DNA of 63,852 bases, taken from NCBI RefSeq assembly GCF_001194135.2, contig NC_068981.1, positions 190,030,193 to 190,094,044 of the forward strand, read 5' to 3'. Position numbers and translations under genes: made by a program. This document shows positions 25,701-38,223 of this stretch, in pieces. The stretch is from Octopus bimaculoides. Taxonomy: Eukaryota. Each line of letters begins with the position of its first letter. Positions within the stretch are counted from its first letter, which is position 1. The notes beneath the pieces were generated by a model, which was not told where the DNA came from, made no database searches, and worked only from the letters and a program-made list of their open reading frames with translations.

Positions 25701-26469
25701 AATGATATAGATGGGAAATGTAAAAAAAAAAGCGTTTTCAAAACAGTCGATATTTTTGTAGTTCAAAAATTGTGATTTATAACATAAAATGTCTTCTAGA
25801 ATTATCCAGAGCTAATAATGGCAAAGTTTAACAACTAAATATCGTTAAACCCACCTCTGCAAAAGCATTGTACATAAGCAATTTAATTCAAATACAACAA
25901 ACAGCCGGCAGAGAGACTGTTTTTAGCAGATCCCCAATTGCAGGTAATGGGTTAAAGTCATCTTCGGTGTTTGAAAAATAATTTTCTCTCTAATTAAATG
26001 TCCGTTTGACCGTGCAAATTATTTGTAGTCAAAGTATTTGTATTCATTGTTGAACATTTATAGAAACATCGGTTTCTTCTTGGAGTAGGCGTATTCACCT
26101 TGTTCTTGTTACTGGTGTTGCTGTCATCGAGTCTTAAAATAATTCCGAGTTTAAGGCAAGTCAGACCAGAATATTCTAATCTGGTCTGACATTCGTCCCA
26201 ATGAGGTAAAGGGCAAACAATCAATAATTACCTTTGTTTTGTTATTGTAATCACATAAAAACTTTTAAACGTTTCCAAGAAACAATCTCGATAATCCGCA
26301 AAGTACGGACTCGAATATAATCTCCTCTTATTCGGACAAACTCGAATACGGGGACAACACCGATTTTCGGGATACTGGTGATCCGGAACTTCTTATAATC
26401 CGCACTCATTTACGAGCTAGAACTTCAAATTCTCTTGGCCTCCCGATTAGTTTACTGGTACCATACAAA

Positions 26470-26720
26470 CAGTGGTGGACTAGCCAGGTTTGCCAGCTTG
26501 CCCGATGGCAAATGGGCCCCTGTGTCATTAGAATCCATATATGGGGGCCCATGTTAGTATCTAAGGGGTCCATCCCCTCAAGTTTGAGAATTTTTTATTC
26601 ACTCCTGGAAGAATGTATTAATTGTTTCAGCCTGGCTGTGTTTGTAGACAGTTGAAAAGAATACTTTCAACAAAAAAAAAAAAAAAATTAAAAAAATTAA
26701 GTGATAGTGTAGTAGTCTGT
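26470..26720. mobile_element. Second, one-ended copy of the hAT-type MITE
   Basis: Closely similar to 1270-1500; the right TIR is absent. Confidence 0.8.
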
Positions 26721-27183
26721 GGTCTGTAGTTAAAATAGTTGAATGATCTATCCTGCAGAAAGGATTATAGAGTAATCTCCCTTTAATAAGTTTTCCAAAA
26801 CACCTACGTCATGACACGTGATTCTTAATTATTCAAGAAGCTTCGCGTTTCTCTTGGAACTTTCTAGAATGTCTAGCGTTCCATTAATAAAAACAGCTTG
26901 CTTGCCCTGCTCTTTGCTTCTTAGCCCTGCACACCCTTGTACAGTGTCCGGAGATTTCCGGCTTGATAATTTACGTCGAACACGTGTTGTTGCATCGAGA
27001 TGAAGAATTGTAATCAGGCAAATCAACACCAGTACTCATTGCTTAAGCCAAGTAATTATTTTATCAGTCTCTTTGCCGAACCACTAGATTTCGAGGACGT
27101 AAACACATCAACACTGGCTGTTAAGGGGTAGTAGAAGATAAACGCAGACATAAAGGCACACACACCTATCTATCTATCTCTCT

Positions 27184-27227
<44 letters not shown>

Positions 27228-27307
27228 AATCTATCTATTTATCTATCTATCTTATTTATTTATCAATCTATCTATTTATCTATCTATCTTATTTATTTAT
27301 CAATCTA

Positions 27308-27622
27308 TCTGAAATTAACGTGCAAGTGGCTGAGCACTCCACAGACACGTGTACCCTTAATGTAGTTCTCGGGTAGATTCAGCGTGACACAGAGTGTGAC
27401 AAGGTTGGCTCCCTTTGAAATACAACAGAAACAGGAAGAAAGAGTGAGAGAAAGTTGTGGCTAAAGAATACAGCAGGATTCGCCACCATCCCCTACCGGA
27501 ACCTCGAAGAGCTTTAGGTGTTTTCGCTCAATAAACACTCATAACGCCCGGTCTGGGAATCGAAACCGCGATCCTACGACCGCTAGTCTGCTGCCCTAAC
27601 CACTGGGCCATTGCGCCTCCAC
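27308..27622 (-). mobile_element. SINE family C, partial
   Basis: Reverse complement of 30259-30570, including the tRNA-like head. Confidence 0.8.
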
Positions 27623-27689
27623 ACATTGTTAAGCAAAAGCTTGAAACCAATTTTGAAAGTTCGGTGATTTATCCTTTTTTCCTTTTGTC

Positions 27690-28040
27690 TTTTTGCTTGT
27701 TTCAGTCATTTGACTGCGGCCATGCTGGAGCACCACCTTTGGTCGAACAAATCGACCCCAGGACTTATTTTTTTATAAACGTAGTACTTATTCTATCGTT
27801 CTCTTTTTGCCGAACCGCTAAGTTGTCAAGCGACGGTAGGGGGACAAATATAGACACACACATACACATATACACATTCACACATATGTATAAATATATA
27901 TAATTATATATATACGACGGGCTTCTTTTAGTTTCCGTCTACCAAATCGACTCACAAGGCTTTGGTTGGCCCAAGGCTCGAGGTGCCAAGCGGTGGGAGT
28001 GAACCCGGAACCATGTGGTTGGGAAGCAAACTTCTTAACA
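27690..28040 (-). mobile_element. SINE family A, with deletions
   Basis: Tail, central repeat and head segments match family A. Confidence 0.75.
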
Positions 28041-28310
28041 CGATTTATTTGTAATATTATCTATCTTTTAGTCCGGGTGGAAGGCAGGGCCTATGAACTT
28101 GCACGGGGCATTCGAGTCTAGAGAGAGGGATAGATGGAGGAAAGTGCCTTCAAAATGGATTTTCTTAAAGTATGTAAGGTGGCAGCTTATGGTGTTAAAC
28201 TGGGTGATGGATTAAGTCTACCGGCCAGGCTGGCTGTGGCGGGATTTGAACTCAGAGCATAAAAAGCCGGGAACAAATACAGCCAGCCTCCTGGCAAATG
28301 TTCTTACAAT

Positions 28311-28610
28311 ACAGTTCTATATTTAAGAGATGAGGAATTATGTACATTATTTACATTTGACGGATATATGCCTACGGGCATATAGCGTAGTGGTTAAGAG
28401 TGCAGGTTACTAACCCTAAGATTCCGAGTTCGATTCCGGGCAGTGACCTGAATAATAATAATAATAATAACATCTAAAAATACCTTAGGAATGAGAACTC
28501 GGGTTCGAAATTTCCCCAAGACACCTGATGAAGTCTGGAGGGTATACCAGCCGAAACGTTGGGTTAGCAACAAATACGATGAGGACAAATATCCGTCAGA
28601 TGTAAATAAG
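28311..28610 (+). mobile_element. tRNA-headed SINE (family F) with hammerhead-containing tail, inverted terminal segment and 11-bp TSD
   Basis: A box TAGCGTAGTGG and B box GAGTTCGATTCC (head from 28376); (AAT)n; hammerhead motif; 28348-28372 is the reverse complement of about 28584-28609; TSD GTTCTTACAAT at 28300-28310 and 28611-28621. Confidence 0.8.
28520..28565 (+). ncRNA. Minimal type I hammerhead ribozyme-like motif
   Basis: GACAC-CTGATGA-A-GTCTGG-AGGGTATA-CCAGCC-GAA-ACGT-T-GGGTT: intact core, stem II 5/6 pairs, palindromic stem III ACGT, stem I 4/5 pairs. Confidence 0.65.
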
Positions 28611-29233
28611 GTTCTTACAATTTTGCCAACCCACCGGTCTCGACTGTTACTTCATTTGGATCCGAAAGAATGAAAGACAAAATTTGACCTCGGTGATATT
28701 TGAACTCAGATCACCGAGAGTCAGAAGAAATGCCTTCAGGTATTCTGTTGAAAACCCTGACGCTTCTGCCGGTTCGATGCATAAATTACTTAAAGACGAG
28801 TCTGTAACATTCGATCACAAACCCAAACAGATTATATTTCCATTATACCATTAGATTGAATAGTGAATATCGCGATTTAGTAGATATATTATGGATTGGA
28901 ATAAAACATGAGCGTTGCTGTCGGTGTATTGTGAAGAAAACTATCTGGTTGTTTGTTGAAGTAGCTTTAGAAAATCAATACATTGAACAGAAGGTACGAT
29001 GAACTAAACTATTGAACAGATAGCTTAACAACAAAAAGGTTAGAAAAGCAGGAACTTCTTCGGATGATGGCAATGCTTCGCAACACAGACTCCGCCAACG
29101 TAATATACGACATTTGTGGTATTTCATATTAGTCAACGAACAAATAACTTCAGGCCACCTATTTAAGAATACGTATACATAGCTGTATGTGGGTATGCAT
29201 ATGTTTGCATGTCTGCCTGTATTATTATTATTA

Positions 29234-29283
<50 letters not shown>

Positions 29284-29408
29284 GTTGTTGTTGTTGTTGT
29301 TGTTGTTGTTATTAATTCATTTAGGCTTAGTGATACTAATAGGCTGATATTAGAACTCAATATACATATGCTTCAGAACAAAGCATCAGTCAAGTTCAGA
29401 ATAGTCTA

Positions 29409-29409
<1 letters not shown>

Positions 29410-29442
<33 letters not shown>

Positions 29443-29930
29443 ACAGACAGGCGCGCGCGCGCATTCACACGCACGCGCACACGCAGGCAAACACAAACGT
29501 ACTCATACAACACACACACGCACATACGGATACACATAGATACACACAGATACACACACAACGCGCACACACATACACACGCATACACGCTCGCACACAC
29601 ACACATACACACACACACACATATACAAACACACGTGTACACACACACATACACACGCATACACACACAACGCACGCACGCGCGCGCGCACATACACACA
29701 ACGCACACACGCAACACACATACACACGCACGCACACACGCAAACGCACACGCACACACACACGTACGCACGCACACACATACACACACACGCACACACA
29801 CACAACACACACACATGCACGCGCACACACACAACACACATACACACGCACGCGCACACACACACACACACGCACAACAAACACACATACATACAACACA
29901 CACACACACGCACATACACACACAGGCATA
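29410..29930. repeat. Degenerate (CA)n/(CACG)n simple repeat
   Basis: Directly visible; source of the poly-CV/HT ORFs. Confidence 0.95.
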
Positions 29931-30258
29931 TGTTTGCACAGCAGTAAATTCTTATGTATGCGAATATCCATATTTACTATTTTGAAAAATGACCAAAGAA
30001 CAACAAAACCAAACAAAGAACAACAAAAAATATACAAAAAAGAACAACGAAAATCAATCATACCTGACTATGGCATATTTGATAATCAATGACCAACTTG
30101 GAACTGTAAGAACTTAGATCAATATCGTTATTTTTTTGTCATTGATCTGCTGTCACTTTCAGAATTACAACGTTACACAACACCTGTAACTATTGGTAGC
30201 ATAGTAGATTGTTTTTTGCTTTCTAATCTGCATTCCTCTCTTGTGTATTCTGAAGTCT

Positions 30259-30637
30259 GGAGGCGCAATGGCCCAGTGGTTAGAGCAGCGGACACGCGGT
30301 CGTAGGATCGCGGTTTCGATTTTCTCACCGGCGTTGTGCGTGTTTATTGAGCGAAAACACTTAAAGCTCCACGTGGATCCGGCAGCAGGTGGTAGCGAAC
30401 CCTGCTGTACTCTTTCACCTCAACTTTCTCTCACTCTTTCTTCCTGTTTCTGTTGTACCTGTATTTCAAAGGGGCCAGCCTTGTCATACTGTGTCACGCT
30501 GAATCTCCCCGAGAACTACGTTAAGGGTACAAGTGTCTGTGGAGTGCTCAGCCACTTGCACATTAATTTCACGAGCAGGCTGTTCCGTTGAATGAATCAA
30601 CTGGAACCCCCGTCGTCGCAACCGACGGAGTTCCACG
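30259..30637 (+). mobile_element. SINE family C, monomer 1 of a head-to-tail dimer
   Basis: tRNA-like head (tggcccagtggttagagc..cggtttcgatt), body, tail ..accgacggagttcca. Confidence 0.85.
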
Positions 30638-30650
30638 ATATTCATGTGTG

Positions 30651-31039
30651 AAGGCACGTGACCCAGTGGTTAAGGCAGCGGACACGCGGTCGTAGGATCG
30701 CGGTTTCGATTCCCAGACCGGGCGTTGTGAGTGTTTATTGAGCGAAAACACCTAAAGCTCCACGAGGCTCCGGCAGGGGTGGGGGTGGGGGTGGCGAACC
30801 CTGCTGTACTCTTTCACTTCAACTTCCTCACACTCTTTCTTCCTGTTTCCCTTGTATCTGTATTTCAAAGGGGCCAGCCTTGTCACACACTGTGTCACGC
30901 TGAATCTCCCCCAAGAACTACATTAAGGGTACGTGTGTCTATGGAGTGCTCGGCCACTTGCGCGTTAATTTCACAGGCAGGCTGTTCCATTGATCGGATC
31001 AACTGGAACCCTCGTCATCGCAACCGACGGAGTGCCACG
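30651..31039 (+). mobile_element. SINE family C, monomer 2 of the dimer
   Basis: Collinear with monomer 1; TSD ATTCTGAAGT (30247-30256, 31040-31049) encloses both monomers. Confidence 0.85.
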
Positions 31040-31665
31040 ATTCTGAAGTATAATGTTTATCTCAGAACACAGTAAGCATTTTCCTCTTCAGTCTACGTTT
31101 TCTTGTAGATAACCTAGCTTTGTTCGTTATTATTAATTTGAAACATTTTGTCTTTATTTCGCATTTTTTTTTTCAGACGATGCTCTTCCGCTGCAGTTTC
31201 TTCATTGATTGTTTCTCTTCCAAACAAGACTGTTTCACTTTAAACTTTTACAGATTTTTAGTTCCATTGTTATTAAACTAATTTTTCTCTGTTTTAATTT
31301 GAATTCCTTTGTTAAANNNNNNNNNNNNNNNNNNNNNNNNNNNNNNNNNNNNNNNNNNNNNNNNNNNNNNNNNNNNNNNNNNNNNNNNNNNNNNNNNNNN
31401 NNNNNNNNNNNNNNNNNNNNNNNNNNNNNNNNNNNNNNNNNNNNNNNNNNNNNNNNNNNNNNNNNNNNNNNNNNNNNNNNNNNNNNNNNNNNNNNNNNNN
31501 NNNNNNNNNNNNNNNNNNNNNNNNNNNNNNNNNNNNNNNNNNNNNNNNNNNNNNNNNNNNNNNNNNNNNNNNNNNNNNNNNNNNNNNNNNNNNNNNNNNN
31601 NNNNNNNNNNNNNNNNNNNNNNNNNNNNNNNNNNNNNNNNNNNNNNNNNNNNNNNNNNNNNNNNN

Positions 31666-31707
<42 letters not shown>

Positions 31708-31895
31708 CTTGTATATATGCATATATGAATGTGTGTTTAAATACACATATATAAACATACGTATGTGTATGCATATATATGTGTGTATATATACATACAC
31801 ATACATATATATGTATATATATATATATATCTGTCTACTCATATTTCTATCTATATCTACCTATCTGTCTGCATCTATATGCGTGTGTGTGTGTT

Positions 31896-31939
<44 letters not shown>

Positions 31940-32042
31940 TAGGTACATTATGTAATGATTGTATGATTATAAATGTTATACACAACCTAATGCCTTTGTG
32001 TCTCTATGCATATATCTACGCATGTAAGCAGGTGAGAATATG

Positions 32043-32076
<34 letters not shown>

Positions 32077-32844
32077 GGGGGGGTGGGGGTGCGCGCGTGC
32101 GTGTGTGTGTATGTGTAATTCAGTTTGTTTTACATTTGAATCAAAACTGAACAGTTTTCTCAAATGTTTCTTAGAAAAGAAATAATTGAAGATCTTTGTA
32201 ATCAATATTACATCAGAAGAAGAGAATAGAATTGACTGAGGAGAGCAGAGGTTGGTCTAGCAAAGCAGAGCATTGTTAAAGGAGAGCAGCGGATTAGCTG
32301 AGGAGAGCAGATAATTGGGAAAAGAGAGCGTAGGATTGACTGAGGAGGATTGGTGAAGAAGAGTAGAAATCTGCAGGACAACGGATAAAATATCTCGAAT
32401 TTAAGGACATTCCTTTATATTCTGTGCTAAAATTAGTTAAGGCCGATATCAATCATATTTTATCATTCTAATGACAATTAAATATGTACCAGTCGTATAT
32501 TGGAGTCGATAGGAGAGAATTCCCTTCCTAAAAGTCTTTACCACGCATGGATATTAAAAATCAATGTTACACAACAAAAAATATTCACCATTTGAATTTA
32601 TATTCATTAACAAAATACTAATTTTCGTTAGTCTATTGTGTGCTATTTTCAATACACGCATACGTTTACATACATACATACATACATACATACACACATA
32701 CATACATACATACATACATACATACTTACATATATACATACATACATTCATACAAAGTGTGGTTGAACTTGTTTTGATCTTGGGGAGAGAACGCAAATTC
32801 TTAATTCATACGCTACAAATACCATATTTTATTTTATTTTATTT

Positions 32845-33133
32845 ATGTGCCCTTTTAAAACCTAGCCAGGCTCATGGGCCCGTTTTCCCGGTTTCTATGA
32901 CATATGTGCCCCCTCCCCCCAGCTGGATGGGACGCCAGTCCATCACAGCTTTACTCAAGAAACAGGAAGAAAGAGTGAGAGAAAGTTGGGGCGAAAGAGT
33001 ACAACAGGAGTCACCACCACCCCCTGCCGGAGCCTCGTGGAGGTTTGGGTGTTTTCGCTCAATAAACACTCACAACACTCGGTCTGAGAATCGAAACCGC
33101 GATCCTCCGACCGCGAGTCATTGCGTCTCCACC
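32845..33133 (-). mobile_element. SINE with a family C head and a different 3' tail
   Basis: 32950-33133 matches the family C head and body; tail gtgcccttttaaaacctagccaggctcatggg is shared with 46648. Confidence 0.7.
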
Positions 33134-33344
33134 ATAATATTTGGGACTATAACGATCTGGAAGACCTTAAGATTTAGAGGATGATTAACAAAACAAGATG
33201 CTTTCCTTCAAAATCTTGCTACCAAGCAGGTGGCCGGACAAAATTTACTCGATATTAAAACGAGAAAGTGAAGAGCACTCGGTGTATGTATGTATGTATG
33301 TATGTATGTATGTATGTATGTATGTATGTATGTATGTATGTATG

Positions 33345-34826
33345 TCTCTTCTATTTTTTTAATTATTATAAATCTTCCACTGAGGAGGGAGCTGGTTTCC
33401 AACAAAGAGGCAAAGCTCCATCTTTGGAATGTATTTAACACAGACAAATTCACATTTGGAACTTGAGAAAAGTCTTGCATATTTTTATTGTTCCACTCAC
33501 AGATTGCACTTGTAATGTATGAATCAGCTGGTTGACTTCTCTTTCAGAAAATCCCAGTTTATCCAGATTCTCCTTTAAGCATTTACTAACAAAACCTAGT
33601 GCTCCAATTGTTATTGGTATGAATATGAATTCATAGTCTGGATATAGAAGCTGGAGGTTTCGAAGCAGTTGTCCATAAATATCGCCTTTTTCTTTGATTT
33701 TCAAAGAGATATTTATATCTGCAGGGAAGCTGATCTCTATGATGGTACATACCTTTGCCCCTCTGTCCCAAACAACAATATCCGGCCTGTTATGTTTACA
33801 TTTGACAGAAGTTTTGATGGGAATATTCCACCAGTATTCCTTGAGTTGGTGTTTATGAATGTATTCCATAACAGTGGGAATTTTATAAGGTTATTTCAGG
33901 ACAGTCTTTTTGCGGATGGCATTGTAAATTGTTTTAGCAACAACATCGTGCCGCATAGGGAGGTAGTACCGTGACGACATTTTAGGACATCTGCTAATCA
34001 CATGCTTAATGTCTTCCACAGAAACATGACATAGCCTACACATGCGGTTGCACCTTGGGATTACAAGCGTGTCACTGTCTCTCTTGTTCACCAGGTACTT
34101 TGTGGCAATCTCCTGTTCCTGGATTGCAAACGCGTAGCCTTCAATGTGTGATGTGATGTTGTGGTCTTGTGTCCAAGAGCGGTTGCGCTTCGTGTCAATT
34201 CTACTGTCTTCTACAAGCTTCCGAGCAACATACCCATGCATGTTTTTTTGTTTTTTTTGTTTTTTTGCATACTGAGTGCTTTCCATCCAGATCTTCTCTG
34301 AGGTAAGAGAGCCCAGCTATTTTGGAGCTGCAAAGATCATCAGGAAGAGAGTGTTTCTTAAAGAGCTCACTGCCAACTTGTACAATGTTGTTCACTTCAC
34401 TTTTTAGCACTCCATTAATATATTTATTTTTGCTGCTGTTGTTTAGCAGGTGCTGCCTGAGTGCTACCATACAGCATTCGAAGGCCGTCTGCAATGATCT
34501 CAGGCCTCTATCACATTCATTTCTTTCTTGGTAGAGCCTGTCAACATCACTGTTTCTGTGGAAGTTCCCAGTTTTTGTCAGGATTTTGCGGGTTTTGATA
34601 TCTATGGAGTGGGTTTCCTCTACAGACCAATCAAGTATCCCAAATGTTCGGATCAGCACTGGTACTGCAAATGCATTGTGGGATATTGTTTTGTTGTAAG
34701 AGGAGAGTTCTGACTGCCATATTTTCCTAAGTCTGGTGCAATATTCTCAGGTCACTCTATCTTTATTCACAGTGCCTTCAAATGATACATTTTCATCAAT
34801 GCCTTGGTACTTGTAACGTTTTTTGT
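33345..34826 (-). mobile_element. 5'-truncated non-LTR retrotransposon with RT thumb, CCHC knuckle and restriction-like endonuclease (R4/Dong/CRE-type)
   Basis: YKYQG..NAFAVPVLIRTFGILDW..RKILT..DVDRLY..RGLRSLQ; CRLC..EDIKHVISRC; KHNRPDIVVWD..IIEIS..IPITIGALG; frameshifts and stops; both ends abut (CATA)n. Confidence 0.92.
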
Positions 34827-34839
34827 ACGTATGTATGCA

Positions 34840-34901
<62 letters not shown>

Positions 34902-35844
34902 AATATATATATACACTTACATGCACACATGCATACAGCCATACACGTATACATACATACATACATACATACATACATACATACATACATGCATACATAA
35001 ATCCTTTTACGTTCACTTTGAAGTATTTCATTCTCCTAGTGTCTAGCAGATAAATAACAGTGAGAAATGTGGGTCGATGTTAATCAGAGATACCCTTTCT
35101 TCAATCTTTTTTGCTGATGTTTACTATCAGAATTAAAATTCAAAATGGCCTCTCGTTATTTCGTTCTTTGAAATTTAACCTGAGATTTTTCTTAGAAAAT
35201 CATAAATCTCACCGTTATTGAATCAGTAAGAGACATATTTTAATGATTATTTTCAGTAGAGAGTTGGAAAAACAGAATCTTCATTTATCAACTATAACTA
35301 AAAATCATCAGAAAATCAATAGACAACAGCAACAATAATTTATTTTTTTTAAACGACTATCATACAATATATGATTAATTTTTCTGCTCATATTTCTAAC
35401 CTACGCTGTTGTACATCTGAAATTATAAAGCAAAAACACATAGTCGTCAAAGCATTGGGAAAATTTAAATGAAGCTTAAATAAAACATCTTGAGAATGTC
35501 ACGGTATTTTATTGATTGTATGCGAACATCTGGAGAATGTAAATAGATGAATAATGTTACATAAATAACACAGACCATTGTTTGAGTGTTCCATCATCAC
35601 TAAGACAATTGTTATATCTAATCTAATTCGAAAGACATAAGTAACAAATATCTAAAATAGATACATAAATATAGTTCTAAATCATTCTATTTTCCATACC
35701 ACTGAACTTTTTTACTATCATCATATAAGAATGTAACTACGTCTTACATAAACGCGGTTCAACTCAGTTGAACCTCGACTATCTATTTATCACACCAGAA
35801 AATTATTAAACATTTAAGTTATAAGATACTCATATATGGCGCTC

Positions 35845-36162
35845 GATCGGTTAAGACGGCAAGTGTTCCGGTTGATCCGACCCACGGAACAGCTTCCTCT
35901 TGATGTTAACGTGCAAGGGATTGGAGCACTCTACACACACGCATACCCTTAACGTACTTCTCAGAGAGATTCAGCTTGACACAGAATGTGACAAGGATGG
36001 CCCTTTGAAACACAGTTACAACTCTTTTCTGCCAACTGAGTGGACTGGAGCAACGTGAAATAAAGTGTCTTGCTCAAGGACACAACGCGCCGCTGTGAAT
36101 CGAACTCACAACCTTACGATCGTGAGTCGAACACCCTAACCATTAAGCCACGTACTTTCACA
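35845..36162 (-). mobile_element. Diverged SINE related to family C
   Basis: Shares the family C body and tail; tRNA-like head at 36090-36160. Confidence 0.7.
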
Positions 36163-36205
36163 CACGCGCGTGCATACGCACAACACACAAACACAAACAC
36201 ACACA

Positions 36206-36240
<35 letters not shown>

Positions 36241-36755
36241 CACACATAAACACATTAACATCATTTTACCGCCCAATTTTCCATATGGGTTAGATGTAAT
36301 TTGTTGGTGCAGACATTCTGCGGTGGGGCATCCTTCATGTCCCCAATCCTCACCTGTTTTAAAGCAAAGTAATGTTTNNNNNNNNNNNNNNNNNNNNNNN
36401 NNNNNNNNNNNNNNNNNNNNNNNNNNNNNNNNNNNNNNNNNNNNNNNNNNNNNNNNNNNNNNNNNNNNNNNNNNNNNNNNNNNNNNNNNNNNNNNNNNNN
36501 NNNNNNNNNNNNNNNNNNNNNNNNNNNNNNNNNNNNNNNNNNNNNNNNNNNNNNNNNNNNNNNNNNNNNNNNNNNNNNNNNNNNNNNNNNNNNNNNNNNN
36601 NNNNNNNNNNNNNNNNNNNNNNNNNNNNNNNNNNNNNNNNNNNNNNNNNNNNNNNNNNNNNNNNNNNNNNNNNNNNNNNNNNNNNNNNNNNNNNNNNNNN
36701 NNNNNNNNNNNNNNNNNNNNNNNNNNNNNNNNNNNNNNNNNTATATATATATATA

Positions 36756-37788
36756 TCAGGTCATCCCATAACTTCTGTCCGATTTTACCTTTTTTAAAAT
36801 TGAATGAAATTTAATAGTATTTTAGAATGTCTAATGGAATTAAAATTCAGAAGTGGAGATTTCAGCCTTGAAGATGAAGATCGAGCAGGATGTCCAGTTG
36901 AGTTTGATGATAAGCTCCTTGAGGGATTACTTGAAGAAAATCCTACATTATCAGTTGAAGAATTGGCAATAAAGCTTAGTTCAAACCATACAACTGTTCA
37001 GTGTCATCTTCAACAACTTGGAAAGGTTCCTAAACTTGGAAAATGGGTGCCTCATGAATTGTCCGAAAGGAACCGCAAATCTCGAGTTGACATCTGCTCT
37101 TCTCCCCATTCTCGTGAACTCATTTTACCCTTTTTGGAGAGATTTGTGACTGGTGACGAAAAATGGATCTTCTATCGATATGTTAAATATCGTAAACAGT
37201 AGCTTCGTAAAAGGGAAAAAGCTCAACCACAACCGAGAAGGGAACTTCATGGGGAAAAGGTTCTTCTCTCTATCTCGTGGGATTGCAAAGGAGTAATTCA
37301 CTTTGAATTGTTACCACCTAATGCAACAATCAATGCTCAAGTCTACTGTCAGCAATTAGAGTGTTTGAACCAAGTTTTGAAGAAAAAAAAACCCGCTTTA
37401 GTGATGTTTCGTCAGGACAATGCGCAACCCCAAACTGCAACGATCACATCACAGAAGATCGAAGAGCTTAGCTGAGAAAAAATTCCTCTTCCACCTTATT
37501 CTCCCGACCTTGCCCCTTCAGACTACCATTTGTTTCGTAGTTTACAGAATCATTTGGGGGGACATAACTTTCGCAAGCCAGGAGGAGGTCGAAACTGACA
37601 TTTCAGAGTTCTTTGCTTTGAAACCAAAAGAATTTTACATTGATGGGATTAAAAAGCTTGTAAATAGATGGAAGGAAGTCATAGATAATGAGGGAAAGTA
37701 CATTGATGATTAAATTTCAATTAAATATAATATTTGATCCCTTCCTTTTTTATTCAAAATTCGGCCCAGAACTTATGGGATGACATTA
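36756..37788 (+). mobile_element. Mariner (DD34D) transposon, internally deleted and pseudogenised
   Basis: WVPHEL, VTGDEKW, QDNAQP and YSPDLAPSDYHLF motifs; TIRs gtcatcccataacttctg / cagaacttatgggatgac; TA flanks within (TA)n; stops and frameshifts; first HTH missing. Confidence 0.95.
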
Positions 37789-37989
37789 TATATATATATA
37801 TATATATATTTATTTATATATGCATATATATTTCTGAATGAATAACTGTATGTAGACAGACAGACAGACAGATATATAGATAGATAGACACATACACGCA
37901 CACATGTACATAGGTGAACAGAGTGTGAAAGGAATTCGCAGATATATTTGGTAATTTTTATCAAGTAGAAACTAGAGGAATTTAGTTTC

Positions 37990-38223
37990 AAGGCGGCGAA
38001 CTGGCAGAAACGTTAGCACGCCGGGCGAAATGCTTAACGGTATTTCGTTTGCCGCTACGTTCTGAGTTCAAATTCCGCCGAGGTTGACTTTGCTTTTCAT
38101 CCTTTCGGGATCGATAAATTAAGTACGAGTTACGCACTGGGGTCGATGTAATCGACTTAATCCCTTTGTCTGTCCTTGTTTGTCCCCTCTATGTTTAGCC
38201 CCTTGTGGGCAATAAAGAAATAA
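37990..38223 (+). mobile_element. SINE family B (Meta-domain-like), full length
   Basis: tRNA-like head, gactttgcttttcatcctttcgggatcgataaattaagtac central domain, tail gccccttgtgggcaataaagaaataa. Confidence 0.85.

Noticed and set aside
28376-28447. tRNA gene (also the heads at 30259, 37990 and 61275)
   Set aside because: A/B boxes are present, but there is no complete cloverleaf and each runs into a SINE body.
29406-30061. Cys/Val-rich and His/Thr-rich ORFs
   Set aside because: Degenerate (CA)n repeat; the same applies to 55563-56110, 56971-57655 and 61995-62336.
36804-37713. Active or domesticated mariner (SETMAR-like)
   Set aside because: Multiple stops and frameshifts, N-terminal deletion, TIRs still present, no SET exon seen.
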